DNA from: Haliea sp.
GTDB taxonomy: Bacteria; Pseudomonadota; Gammaproteobacteria; Pseudomonadales; Halieaceae
DNA length: 43,988 nt
Assembly (NCBI GenBank): GCA_041583655.1
Contig: JBFHFJ010000001.1
Span: forward strand, 1 to 43,988
Direction: 5' to 3'
Shown: one piece after another, positions 8,463 through 17,750 of the stretch
Position numbering within the stretch: the stretch's first letter is position 1
Layout: each line of letters begins with the position of its first letter
Notes under the pieces: model-generated
Told to the model about the DNA's origin: nothing
Database searches by the model: none
What the model saw: the letters and a program-made list of their open reading frames with translations, nothing else
Program-made: the position numbers and the translations under genes

Positions 8463-9884
8463 TCAGATGATTCGGGAAAAGCGGTTGCCGGACAGCTGGC
8501 CGTGATCGATGTAGGCGTCAAACTCCATGCACACGCGGCGAACCAGCATGCGCCCGGGTGGTAGCACCTCAATACCCTGTTCAGTAAGCGCCAGCAAGCC
8601 ATCTGCGGCGAGTGGCTGCAGGCGCTCGAGTTCGCTGGCGAAGTAGTCCGCGAAAGATATGCCGAACGCCTGCTCAATGGCCCCGTAGTCCAGCGCGAAA
8701 TTGCATATCAGCTCATTGATCACGGCCTTGCGGATGGTGTCGTCCCGGGTCAGCGTGATCCGCTTTGCCAGCGGCAGCCTGCCGGCCATTATGGCGGCAC
8801 TGTAGGAAGGCTCATCCTTGAAATTCTGGAAGTGGTTGTTGCCCAGGGCGTTGATAGCGGATACGCCGAAGGCCAGCAGCTCGCAGTCCTTGTGGGTGGA
8901 GTAGCCCTGGAAGTTGCGGTGCAGGGTGCCCTGCATCTGCGCCAGGGCCAGCTCGTCCCCGGGTCGGGCGAAGTGGTCCATGCCGATGTACTCGTAACCC
9001 TCGTGCAATAAGTGCTCAATGCTCTGTTGCAGGATTGCCATCTTGACCGCGGCTGTGGGCAACTGCCGCTCATCGATCTGGCGCTGGGTCTTGAACAGTT
9101 GCGGCATGTGCGCGTAGTTGAACAGCGACAGACGGTCCGGTTGCAGGCGGATGACCTGGTCCAGTGTGCGGGCGAAGGAGCGTTCGCTCTGCAGCGGCAG
9201 GCCATAGATCAGGTCCATGCTCAGCGATTTAAACCCGCAGGCGCGGATTTCCTTCACCAGTGCGGCGACTTCGTCAACACTGTTGAAACGATTCACGGCC
9301 TTCTGCACACCGGGGTCGAAGTCCTGCACACCCATGCTGATTCGATTGAAGCCCAGCTGGCGCAGGTAATGGATGCGGTCGCTGGTCATGCCCCCCGGGT
9401 GCACTTCTATCGAGAATTCGCCCTCGTCATCACCCGCCAGCCGGAACTGCTGGCGGGTGACAGCCATCAGCGCCTGCATCTCGCTGTCGCTGATATAGGT
9501 TGGTGTGCCGCCGCCCCAGTGCAGTTGGCGCACGATGCGTTCCGGATTGACAGCGGCAGCCTGCAGCTCGATTTCGCGGTGCAGCAATACCAGGTAATCC
9601 CTGGCTCGCTTGCGGTTGGCAGTGATGATCTTGTTGCAGGCACAGTAGTAGCAGACGGTGCTGCAGAAAGGAATGTGGAAGTACAGCGAGAGGGGGGCGC
9701 TGACCGCGTTACTGGCTGTTATCGCCTCCCGCCATTGCGCTTCACTGACATCGTCCTGGAACTGGGCGGCTGTCGGATAGGAGGTGTAACGCGGCCCGGC
9801 GAGATTGTAGCGTGCGATGAGGGCCGGATCCCACAGGGCGCTCGTGGTCAGTGCCGGAGTGGATGCCGCGGTCCGGGATGTCAT
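8463..9884 (-). CDS. hemN: Oxygen-independent coproporphyrinogen III oxidase (radical SAM)
   Basis: GPRYTSYPTA, LSLYFHIPFCSTVCYYCAC, HWGGGTP, YIGMDHFA, LHRNFQGYST and terminal RFSRII. Confidence 0.97.
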   Translation of the reverse strand: MTSRTAASTPALTTSALWDPALIARYNLAGPRYTSYPTAAQFQDDVSEAQWREAITASNAVSAPLSLYFHIPFCSTVCYYCACNKIITANRKRARDYLVLLHREIELQAAAVNPERIVRQLHWGGGTPTYISDSEMQALMAVTRQQFRLAGDDEGEFSIEVHPGGMTSDRIHYLRQLGFNRISMGVQDFDPGVQKAVNRFNSVDEVAALVKEIRACGFKSLSMDLIYGLPLQSERSFARTLDQVIRLQPDRLSLFNYAHMPQLFKTQRQIDERQLPTAAVKMAILQQSIEHLLHEGYEYIGMDHFARPGDELALAQMQGTLHRNFQGYSTHKDCELLAFGVSAINALGNNHFQNFKDEPSYSAAIMAGRLPLAKRITLTRDDTIRKAVINELICNFALDYGAIEQAFGISFADYFASELERLQPLAADGLLALTEQGIEVLPPGRMLVRRVCMEFDAYIDHGQLSGNRFSRII

Positions 9885-9942
9885 GCTGGGCTGCCTGTCC
9901 TGGTGTTGGCGGCCAGTTTACCTCGCCCGCCGCCGCAGGCCG

Positions 9943-9956
9943 TTGACCTGCGTCAA
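9943..9956 (-). promoter_or_regulatory. FNR/Anr/Dnr-type box upstream of hemN
   Basis: Palindrome TTGAC-ctgc-GTCAA; -10-like TAAACT at 9920-9915 on the minus strand, which places the box centre about 41.5 bp upstream of a predicted start near 9908. Confidence 0.7.
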
Positions 9957-9971
9957 GCCGACAGCTGGCTC

Positions 9972-12866
9972 TCAGCGCCGGCGGGGCAGGCCCTCTCGCT
10001 CGGTGCCCCCCGTGCCAGTCGCGGCGGCGTCGGGCAGGCTGATCAGGTACTCGGCGGGGAAGTCTATGTCAGTCCGGTTCCGGTCCAGGTCGATAACTGC
10101 CGGCTGGTCCGTGGTGAGCCAGGCGCCACAGGCTTCCCCGGCGTCGCAGATGAACAGGTCGTTGTCCGCGTCGGAGCCGGCGAATACCTGATAGAGGCCG
10201 GCCGCCAGCGCGGGGAAGTTGAAGTTGTAGCGACCGTCGCGCACCCGGGCCGCGGCCTGGTCCACCACGTCGTCGACTTCAGGGTCGTAGACGAGGATAT
10301 ACACAACGCCCACGTCTGCGCCCGCCACATTGCCGACAGAAACCAGGGCCCGGATCTGCAGGCTGTTGGCACTGGAGCGCGCGGTAACGGTGGCGGCGTA
10401 AAGGCCTTCTTCCAGCTGCCCGCGGTCCACGGTCAGTTGGTAACGGCCCAGGCCCTGGCCGTCCACCTCGTCGGGAAGGATCTGCAGCCAGGGTGCGTCA
10501 CTGTCCACCGCGGTAACCCGCAGGGTCCCGCTGCCCCCATTGCTGAGGAACAGGTCCAGGGTATCCAGGTTACTGCCGAAATTCAGGTTGAGGCTGGAAG
10601 CCTGCAGCGACGCCGGTGCGGTGAAGTCCGCCCCGATACTGTCCAGTGCCGCTTCTACCGCCCGGCGCGCGTTGACCAGGCCGTGGCCATAGAGGTCATC
10701 GCGGCCGGGCTCGCCCAGGTCGTCCGTCAGGCTGCCGCTTTGCAGCAGGGTGACCAGCTGCGCCGGGGTGAGGTCCGGGTTGATGCTTTTCATCAGCGCG
10801 ATGATGCCGGAGACATGTGGTGCGGCCATCGACGTTCCGCTGAGGAACACGTAGGAAAAATCGACTCCCGAGGCCGTGGCAGTGCCGCCAGTGCTCAGCA
10901 CGCCATCGGGATAGCCATCGCCGTTGACATCGGCGCCGCTGTCGCCGCCGGGTGCGGCAATGTCGATGGTGGTACCACGGTTGCTGTAGGGGGTGATGCG
11001 GCGCTGGATATCCACGGCGGACACCGAAATCACAGTGTCATAGGCAGCAGGGTATCCCGGCGTGGTGCTGGCCTCATTGCCGGCGGAGGCGACTACAAAG
11101 ATGCCGGCTTCGCGCAGGTCCCGATACAGCTGCTGGTTGATCTGGCTGAAACCTTCGCCGCCCAGGCTGAGATTGATGATGTCCGCCCGGCGTTCGGGCA
11201 CGGTTCCGGAGTCGTTGGGCAGCCCGGCGGCAAAACGCACGGCCTGGGCGACATCGTAGGAGGTGCCACCGCTTGCGCCCAGGGCGCGCAGTGGCATCAG
11301 TCGGGTATTCCAGGCGACACCTGCCACCCCGGCGCCATTGTTGCTGCGGGCGGCTATGGTGCCTGCCACGTGGGTGCCGTGGAAGCTGCTGGAGGCGGGA
11401 TTGCTGCGGTCGCCCGGATCCTCGGGGTTGGAGTCGATGCCGTTGCCGTCGCCGGCTGCCACCGGATCCCGGACAAAATCATAGCCGGCTACCAGCTGCC
11501 CGGCGAGGTCCGGATGACCAGACAGAATCCCGGTATCCACCACGGCGACGATCACGCCCGGGTCCCCGGTGGTCACGTCCCAGGCCGACGGCAGGGAAAC
11601 CAGCGGGTAATGCCACTGCAGGCGGTAGGCGCTGTCGTTGGGGCGCAGGGATGCCCGCACCCGGTAGTTGGGCTCAGCCCAGCGCACCCCCGGCGCGCGG
11701 CGCAGCGATTTGATGCTCACCAGCGTTTCCCAGCGCTGTTGCTGCTGTGGGTCGGCAAACTGATGTCTGCGAGGTGCAGAATCGCCCAGTCGGTGCTGTT
11801 CCGCCTGCCCTGCGCGCAGGGCCAGCAGTCTGGCCCTGCCTGCGGCACCGGCGCGGCGCTCCATACCCATCTGGTGGGCGACATCCTCCAGCGAGGGTGT
11901 GGTTGCCGCCGCGGACTGGCGGTAGTCAACGACAATCTCTCCCGGGACAATCTCCGGCCGCTGGCCCGAACCCTCCAGTGCCTGGTTGCCAACCGCCATG
12001 ATGTAGTTGGTGGCGCCGGAAAATGCGGTGACATTGGCAAACCAGGTGCCGCTCTCGGGTGCGGTCACCGTTTCGATTTCTCCCGATTCGATGGAAAAGT
12101 CGACGATCTCGCCCTGCTCCGAATACAGGTAAAGGTCTGCGTCCGCGGTTTCGAAGTCGGCAACCAGAAGCGTAACTGACTGGCCCTCCAGTAGCCGCAC
12201 GCGGTAGTAGTCATCAACGTCGCCTGAAACCTGCGAGCGTCCCTCCGCGCCGGTACCGGGCTGGTTGACATAGCCTCCGAGGGTGATGGGGTTGGCCAGG
12301 GGTTGGGCGGTTTCCAGGGTGTCATTGGCCAGATAGATATTGGCGGGGTCATTGGTGTCGCTGTCCACGGCCTGGTTGCTGGACGCCAGGACGCTGCCAC
12401 TGAGACTGAAAGTCGCGCCACCGGCGCTGCCGGCAACGACAACGCTGGCGCTGCTGCTCGCCTGGGCGCCATCGTTGTCGGTAACGGTAAGGGAAAAGAC
12501 GAGTGTGGTGTCGCCGTTGACGTTGGGGGCGGTGAAACTGGCCTCGGCGCTGGCGCTGCCGGCCAGCGCCACCTCCGGCCCGTCTGTCTGCTGCCACCGG
12601 TAACTCGTGACACTGCCGTCGCCGTCAGATGACCCGCTGCCATCGAGGATCACGGTGTCACCGATGTCGGCGCTGGCGGGCGCGGCTATGACGGCGACTG
12701 GCGGCTGGTTGGGGGCCGGGGGCGGCGCGGCCTGGGAGCTGCCGCCCCCGCCGCCGCAGGCAGAGAGGGTCGCCGCAAGGTACAGGCTCGTGGCCAGTCG
12801 GCTGAACAGTGGTCCGTTAATGGTGGTTCCCCTCCCGCGGTTCGACGCAGGTTTGTGAAGGATCAA
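9972..12866 (-). CDS. S8 (subtilisin-family) serine protease, lipoprotein with PKD/Ig-like and PPC-like accessory domains
   Basis: Lipobox LSAC; PKD-like NQPPVA...LDGSGSSDGDG..SYRWQQ; triad VAVVDTG, HGTHVAGTI, GTSMAAPHVSG; oxyanion AGNE. Start codon uncertain (TTG 12866 or ATT 12821). Confidence 0.93.
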   Translation of the reverse strand: MILHKPASNRGRGTTINGPLFSRLATSLYLAATLSACGGGGGSSQAAPPPAPNQPPVAVIAAPASADIGDTVILDGSGSSDGDGSVTSYRWQQTDGPEVALAGSASAEASFTAPNVNGDTTLVFSLTVTDNDGAQASSSASVVVAGSAGGATFSLSGSVLASSNQAVDSDTNDPANIYLANDTLETAQPLANPITLGGYVNQPGTGAEGRSQVSGDVDDYYRVRLLEGQSVTLLVADFETADADLYLYSEQGEIVDFSIESGEIETVTAPESGTWFANVTAFSGATNYIMAVGNQALEGSGQRPEIVPGEIVVDYRQSAAATTPSLEDVAHQMGMERRAGAAGRARLLALRAGQAEQHRLGDSAPRRHQFADPQQQQRWETLVSIKSLRRAPGVRWAEPNYRVRASLRPNDSAYRLQWHYPLVSLPSAWDVTTGDPGVIVAVVDTGILSGHPDLAGQLVAGYDFVRDPVAAGDGNGIDSNPEDPGDRSNPASSSFHGTHVAGTIAARSNNGAGVAGVAWNTRLMPLRALGASGGTSYDVAQAVRFAAGLPNDSGTVPERRADIINLSLGGEGFSQINQQLYRDLREAGIFVVASAGNEASTTPGYPAAYDTVISVSAVDIQRRITPYSNRGTTIDIAAPGGDSGADVNGDGYPDGVLSTGGTATASGVDFSYVFLSGTSMAAPHVSGIIALMKSINPDLTPAQLVTLLQSGSLTDDLGEPGRDDLYGHGLVNARRAVEAALDSIGADFTAPASLQASSLNLNFGSNLDTLDLFLSNGGSGTLRVTAVDSDAPWLQILPDEVDGQGLGRYQLTVDRGQLEEGLYAATVTARSSANSLQIRALVSVGNVAGADVGVVYILVYDPEVDDVVDQAAARVRDGRYNFNFPALAAGLYQVFAGSDADNDLFICDAGEACGAWLTTDQPAVIDLDRNRTDIDFPAEYLISLPDAAATGTGGTEREGLPRRR

Positions 12867-12931
12867 GGCAATGATTATAGTAGACTGCGGTCATATGGTG
12901 GCCGGTCAGTTTGGGTGAGGTCGGGCAATAT

Positions 12932-12947
12932 TCAACATATGTGTTGA
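12932..12947. promoter_or_regulatory. Palindromic operator copy 1, upstream of tetR and overlapping TTGACA
   Basis: TCAACATATGTGTTGA followed by CA. Confidence 0.8.
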
Positions 12948-12990
12948 CATAATCAAGGCAGTGTGGTCAGCTGCCGATCAGTATTGAAAG

Positions 12991-13767
12991 GTGGGCGTGG
13001 CTCAGGTGCTAGACAAGACAGGAAGCAAAAATTCTGCCAGTGGTATAGGCAAGCGGCGCGCAGCGGCCAAAGTCGACCGCGCGCCCAACTACGAGAAGCG
13101 GCGCAAGGAGATTTCCGAGGCCGCCGCTCGCGTATTCAATCGGCGTGGCTTTCGCGGTACCACTATCAGCGCAGTGGCTGAAGAACTCAGCATTGACCGC
13201 GCATCTCTGTATTACTACATCTCGAGCAAGGAAGAATTGTTCGACGAACTGGTACGTGAGGTCTCCGAAGACAACGTTGCGATGGCGCGGAAGATCCAGT
13301 CCAGCCAGCAGTCGCCACCGGAGAAGCTGCGCGAACTCATTCTCGAGCTCATGCGCGCCTATGCCCGCAGCTATCCGCTCCTGTATATCTATATCCGCGA
13401 GAATCTCGGCGACGTGGCTGACCAGCGTTCAAACTGGGCCCGATACATGAAGCAGATCAACCGGGATTACGACAACGCGGTGATCTCCATCATTGAGGAG
13501 GGCTACCAGGATGGTTCTTTCCAGGATGTCGGTGATCCGAAAATTGTGGCCTATGGGATCATCGGGATGGTGGGCTGGACCAACCGCTGGTTCAAGCCCG
13601 ACCGTGGCAAGGCCGATGCCGATGAGGTCGCCCGTATCTACGCTGATATGGTAATCGGCGGAATGAGTTCGGCACCCGCGTCGATTAATGGTGGCCGAGC
13701 GCGGCCCCCCGTTGCGGTCGGCAAGCGCAAGAAAGCGCCCGCAAAAAATAGCGCACGCGGCAAGTAG
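12991..13767 (+). CDS. TetR/AcrR-family regulator (KstR2-like C-terminal domain); probable repressor of the island
   Basis: HTH region AAARVFNRRGFRGTTISAVAEELSIDRASLYYYISSKEELF; C-terminal GMVGWTNRWFKPD. GTG start, exact position uncertain. Confidence 0.92.
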   Translation: MGVAQVLDKTGSKNSASGIGKRRAAAKVDRAPNYEKRRKEISEAAARVFNRRGFRGTTISAVAEELSIDRASLYYYISSKEELFDELVREVSEDNVAMARKIQSSQQSPPEKLRELILELMRAYARSYPLLYIYIRENLGDVADQRSNWARYMKQINRDYDNAVISIIEEGYQDGSFQDVGDPKIVAYGIIGMVGWTNRWFKPDRGKADADEVARIYADMVIGGMSSAPASINGGRARPPVAVGKRKKAPAKNSARGK

Positions 13768-13794
13768 CCGCGGTCAAGCTGCTCCCGTCACCGC

Positions 13795-13834
13795 CAGCGG
13801 AGGTTTTTGACCTCCGCTGAACCCTTTCTTTTTT
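13795..13834 (+). terminator. Intrinsic terminator after tetR
   Basis: CAGCGGAGGT-ttttg-ACCTCCGCTG stem followed shortly by TTTCTTTTTT. Confidence 0.7.
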
Positions 13835-13885
13835 CGTATGTATGACGCTTGTGGTGCCGTCCCTGGTTTCCGCTTGCTCGCTCAG

Positions 13886-13901
13886 TCAACAAAAGCGTTG
13901 A
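13886..13901. promoter_or_regulatory. Palindromic operator copy 2, upstream of the BVMO-ECH-HADH operon
   Basis: TCAACAAAAGCGTTGA followed by CA (TTGACA). Confidence 0.75.
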
Positions 13902-13984
13902 CAAAATTTTCCGCCCTGTGCGATGCTTGGAGCATGAGGTGGTGCCGGCAGGTATTCCGGCCCGCAGCGCAGGAGGAAACGAGC

Positions 13985-16000
13985 ATGAATGACATAACAA
14001 ACCCGGCGCCTGAGCGCTGGCTCCAGGACGCCATTGCGAGAGCCAACATTCCGACCCTGGCCTGTCTGCTGGTGCAAATAACCGGCGAGCGCCGCTGGAT
14101 CGAGGGCAGGTTTGTTCCCTCCAGGCCCCGTGGATTGGATGACAATGACTCCGGCGGGCTTGCACCCGAGGTTCAGGCTGAGATTCGGCAAGCTGCGCTG
14201 GAAGGCATAACTAGACTGCTGGCCGGCGAACCGCTGGCCCTGCCGGAACCCGCCGATGACTTGCTGGTGGAAATGATGAGCGTCTCGCTCGGCGAGCGCA
14301 TTCCGGCTGAATACGCGCCGATGATTCGCCACGAGCTCAACCCCACGGGTTCAGCCGCACCAGCATCGACACCGGACGAGAGTGCAGCGGTACAAGCCTT
14401 TCCCCGGTTCGAGGGTATGAATCCCCCGGAGGGGTTTCGGGCACTGATTATTGGCGCCGGAATATCCGGTCTCTGCGCCGCGGTAAACCTGGCGGCCGCG
14501 GGTATCCCGTATACGATCATAGAGCGCAACTCGCGCCTCGGTGGCGTCTGGCATGAAAACAACTACCCCGGCGCCGCCTGCGACGTGCCCAGCCACCTGT
14601 ACTCTTTTTCTTTTGCGCCCTTCGACTGGTCGCGTTACTTCGCCGCCAGCGAGGAAATCCAGCGGTACCTGGAAGAGGTTGCCGATCTTTTCGATGTGCG
14701 CCGCCACATCCGCTTTAACACCGAAGTTATGGCCGCGAACTATGACGATGGCGATGCTGAGTGGGAGGCGGTGCTGCGCACGGCAGATGGCTCAGAGGAG
14801 ACCGCGCGCGCAGATATGGTGATCAGTGCGGTGGGCGCCTTCAACAAGCCCCGCTTTCCTGATGTGCCCGGCATCGACAGTTTCGCCGGCCCCAGCGTGC
14901 ACACCGCGCGCTGGCCGAGGGAGGGCGTGGAACTTGCGGGGCGCCGGGTCCTGGTGGTTGGCAATGGCGCAAGCGCCATGCAGGTTGTACCGGCCATCGC
15001 CGGCCAGGCCGCGTCTGTCACGGTGATCCAGCGTTCGACTCAATGGGCCGCTCCTTTTCCCAAATTCCAGGTGGAGGTGCCTGCTAGTCTGCAGCGCCTG
15101 ATGCGCGAGGTGCCGCTCTACCGCCTGTGGTATCGCCTGCGCCTGAGCTGGGCCTTTAATGACAAGCAGTATGCCGCGCTGCAGAAAGACCCCGAGTGGG
15201 ATAATGGCGGACTCTCCATCAATGCCCTCAACGATGTGCATCGCCGCGGGCTTACCGAATACATCAAGTCGGAACTGGGGGACGCCCAGGAATTGCTACC
15301 GCAGGTGTTGCCTGATTATCCGCCCTTCGGCAAGCGGATGCTGATGGACAATGGCTGGTTCCGCACGCTGGCCCGCGATGATGTTCATCTGGTCACGGGG
15401 GCGGTAACGGAGGTCTTGCCGGACCGGGTGCGGGTGAGCGATGGGTCCGAGCACGTAGCTGACGTGATTATCTGGGCGACAGGATTCGACGTTGTGAATT
15501 TCCTCGCGCCGATGGAGCTGCACGGAGTAGGTGGGCGCAGCCTGCACGATGACTGGGACGGCGATGACGCCCGCGCCTACCTTGGCACAGTGGTGCCGGG
15601 ATTCCCGAATTTTTTCTGCCTGTATGGTCCCAATACCCAGTTCGGTCACGGGGGCAGCCTGATCAGCATCGTGGAAAGGCAGATGCATTACGTCATGTCC
15701 CTGCTTGAGGCGATGTTTGCGCGCGGCCTGCATACCGTGGATGTGCGCCCCGAGGTGTACGAAAACTACGCCCGGGAAATCGACCGGCGCCACGAAAAAA
15801 TGATCTGGACGCATCAGGGGATGAGTACCTATTACCGCAATTCCAAGGGCCGGGTGGTGGTCTGCAACCCGTTCAGGATCGTCGAGTTCTGGGGTCTGAC
15901 GGACGAAGCCAATCTTGAGGATTACCGGGGCTGGACGGCGCCACACGAGGAGGTGGCCACCACTTCCGCAGGCCACCGGGTCGGGAGTGCGGGCCAATGA
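13985..16000 (+). CDS. Type I Baeyer-Villiger monooxygenase, 4-hydroxyacetophenone monooxygenase (HAPMO)-like, with long N-terminal extension
   Basis: GAGISG, GGVWHENNYPGAACDVP, fingerprint FAGPSVHTARWP, GNGASA, PPFGKRML.DNGW and WATGF; ATG 13985 follows GGAGG. Confidence 0.9.
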   Translation: MNDITNPAPERWLQDAIARANIPTLACLLVQITGERRWIEGRFVPSRPRGLDDNDSGGLAPEVQAEIRQAALEGITRLLAGEPLALPEPADDLLVEMMSVSLGERIPAEYAPMIRHELNPTGSAAPASTPDESAAVQAFPRFEGMNPPEGFRALIIGAGISGLCAAVNLAAAGIPYTIIERNSRLGGVWHENNYPGAACDVPSHLYSFSFAPFDWSRYFAASEEIQRYLEEVADLFDVRRHIRFNTEVMAANYDDGDAEWEAVLRTADGSEETARADMVISAVGAFNKPRFPDVPGIDSFAGPSVHTARWPREGVELAGRRVLVVGNGASAMQVVPAIAGQAASVTVIQRSTQWAAPFPKFQVEVPASLQRLMREVPLYRLWYRLRLSWAFNDKQYAALQKDPEWDNGGLSINALNDVHRRGLTEYIKSELGDAQELLPQVLPDYPPFGKRMLMDNGWFRTLARDDVHLVTGAVTEVLPDRVRVSDGSEHVADVIIWATGFDVVNFLAPMELHGVGGRSLHDDWDGDDARAYLGTVVPGFPNFFCLYGPNTQFGHGGSLISIVERQMHYVMSLLEAMFARGLHTVDVRPEVYENYAREIDRRHEKMIWTHQGMSTYYRNSKGRVVVCNPFRIVEFWGLTDEANLEDYRGWTAPHEEVATTSAGHRVGSAGQ

Positions 16001-16761
16001 CTGACGAGGTTCTTACCGAGCGGCGGGGCGCCACCCTGGTGGTGACCATCAATCGGCCCGGGCGCCGCAACGCGGTAACCCGCCTGGTATCGGAGGGCAT
16101 CGCCGCCGCCATGGACCAGCTGGACGGGGATGCGGCGCTGTCGGTAGGCATTATCACCGGCGCCGGTGGCAGTTTTTGCGCGGGCATGGATCTGCAAGCG
16201 TTTCTCGACGGTGAGCGCCCGGAAATCGAGGGCCGTGGTTTTGGCGGCATCACCGAGAGGCCGCCGCGCAAGCCGCTGATCGCCGCGGTGGAGGGCTTTG
16301 CCCTGGCCGGTGGTTGTGAGCTGGCACTGGCCTGTGACCTGATCGTGGCGGCGGACGATGCTTTTTTTGGCCTGCCCGAAGTTTCACGAGGCCTGGTGGC
16401 GGGTTCCGGCGGCCTGGTGAGACTGCCCCGCCGGATTCCCCCTGCCATCGCACTGGAATACGCGCTGACCGGCGCCCGGTTGCCGGCGCAGGAGGCCCAT
16501 CGCTGGGGGCTCGTGAACCGGATCACCGCGGCGGGCGGCGCGCTGGCCGGTGCGCTGGCGCTGGCCGATAGTATCTGCGCCAACGGCCCGCTCGCGGTTG
16601 CCATGACCAAGCGCATCGTTATGGAGTCACCGAACTGGGCGGCATCCGAGCTGTGGTCGCGGCAGGCGCCGCTGGTGGACGAGGTGCTTGCCTCCGAGGA
16701 TGCGCGTGAAGGTGCGCTCGCTTTCGCCGAGAAGCGCGCGCCGGTCTGGCGCGGTCGCTGA
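15997..16761 (+). CDS. Enoyl-CoA hydratase/crotonase family protein
   Basis: FCAGMDL, KPLIAAVEGFALAGGCELALACDL, FGLPEVSRG; ATGA overlap. Confidence 0.93.
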   Translation: MTDEVLTERRGATLVVTINRPGRRNAVTRLVSEGIAAAMDQLDGDAALSVGIITGAGGSFCAGMDLQAFLDGERPEIEGRGFGGITERPPRKPLIAAVEGFALAGGCELALACDLIVAADDAFFGLPEVSRGLVAGSGGLVRLPRRIPPAIALEYALTGARLPAQEAHRWGLVNRITAAGGALAGALALADSICANGPLAVAMTKRIVMESPNWAASELWSRQAPLVDEVLASEDAREGALAFAEKRAPVWRGR

Positions 16762-16807
16762 AGGTTCAGCAGCGGTTTGAACAACATCTAATCAGGAGAG
16801 AACTCGC

Positions 16808-17650
16808 GTGGACAATGTGGCAGTAGTGGGTGGCGGTACCATGGGAACGGGAATCGTCTATACCGCGGCCCTGTCGGGCGCCTCGGTGTGGGCTGTTGAG
16901 CCGGACGAGGCGCGCGCCGCCGTGATGCTCAAGAGCATTGCGGACGCAGCGGCGGGTGGCGTCCGGCGCGGCAAACTGGACCCGCAGCAGGCGGATGCAC
17001 TGCAGGGCAGGATACGGCGGCTTGCGTCTGTGGCGGAGCTGCCCGAAGGGCTTGATCTGGTTGTTGAAACGGTTCCGGAGCGGCTTGAGCTGAAGCACCG
17101 GGTCCTGTCTGCGATCGCTGCAAAATTTCCTGATGTCATTGGCAGCAACACCAGTGCGCTGTCGATCGACAGGTTATCCGAGGCGCTGCCTTTTCCGGAG
17201 CGCTTCCTCGGCATGCATTTCTTCAATCCCGTTTGGTCGATCAAGCTGGTCGAGCTCGTGCGCGGCCGGGAGACCAGCGAGGGCACCCTGGCGTCGGCAC
17301 GGGCATTCGCAAAACAGCTGGGCAAGGAGTCGCTGACGGTCATTGATGTCCCCGGGTTCGCCACCAGTCGCCTGGACCTGATCGCGAGCCTTGAGGCGAT
17401 GCGGATGCTGGAGAGTGGGGTCGCCAGTGCGGAAGACATTGATCGCGCGGCTGTGCTCGCCTACCAGCATCCGGTCGGGCCGCTGCGGCTGAGCGACATT
17501 GTGGGCCTTGATGTGCGGCTGGATATTGCGCGCACTCTGGAGGAAGCGCACGGCCCCCGGTTCGCGCCGCCCCGGATACTCATAGACATGGTTGCCCGGG
17601 GCGAGTTGGGGCAGAAATCGGGGCAGGGATTTTTCGGCTGGCCGGTCTGA
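16808..17650 (+). CDS. 3-hydroxyacyl-CoA dehydrogenase
   Basis: GGGTMGTGI, VETVPERLELK, SNTSALSI, GMHFFNP, HPVGPL and GQKSGQGFF. Confidence 0.93.
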   Translation: MDNVAVVGGGTMGTGIVYTAALSGASVWAVEPDEARAAVMLKSIADAAAGGVRRGKLDPQQADALQGRIRRLASVAELPEGLDLVVETVPERLELKHRVLSAIAAKFPDVIGSNTSALSIDRLSEALPFPERFLGMHFFNPVWSIKLVELVRGRETSEGTLASARAFAKQLGKESLTVIDVPGFATSRLDLIASLEAMRMLESGVASAEDIDRAAVLAYQHPVGPLRLSDIVGLDVRLDIARTLEEAHGPRFAPPRILIDMVARGELGQKSGQGFFGWPV

Positions 17651-17670
17651 GAAGGGGTACCGGAAATAAA

Positions 17671-17686
17671 TCAACACAAGTGTTGA
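17671..17686. promoter_or_regulatory. Palindromic operator copy 3, upstream of the acyl-CoA dehydrogenase operon
   Basis: TCAACACAAGTGTTGA. Confidence 0.8.
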
Positions 17687-17750
17687 ATCGCCCGCCGGGC
17701 TGACGTATATTCGGTGGCGATGAGGCAACAACGAATTTGAGAAGAGGCAC

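Noticed and set aside
9012-12179. 1055-aa plus-strand ORF
   Set aside because: Antisense shadow of hemN and the S8 protease; no recognisable motifs; long shadow ORFs are expected in GC-rich DNA.
13838-13984. N-terminal extensions in the ORF track (also from 3109, 8322, 20372, 29318, 38698, 43371)
   Set aside because: They overlap promoters/operators or neighbouring genes; downstream starts have SD sequences, signal peptides or stop/start overlaps.
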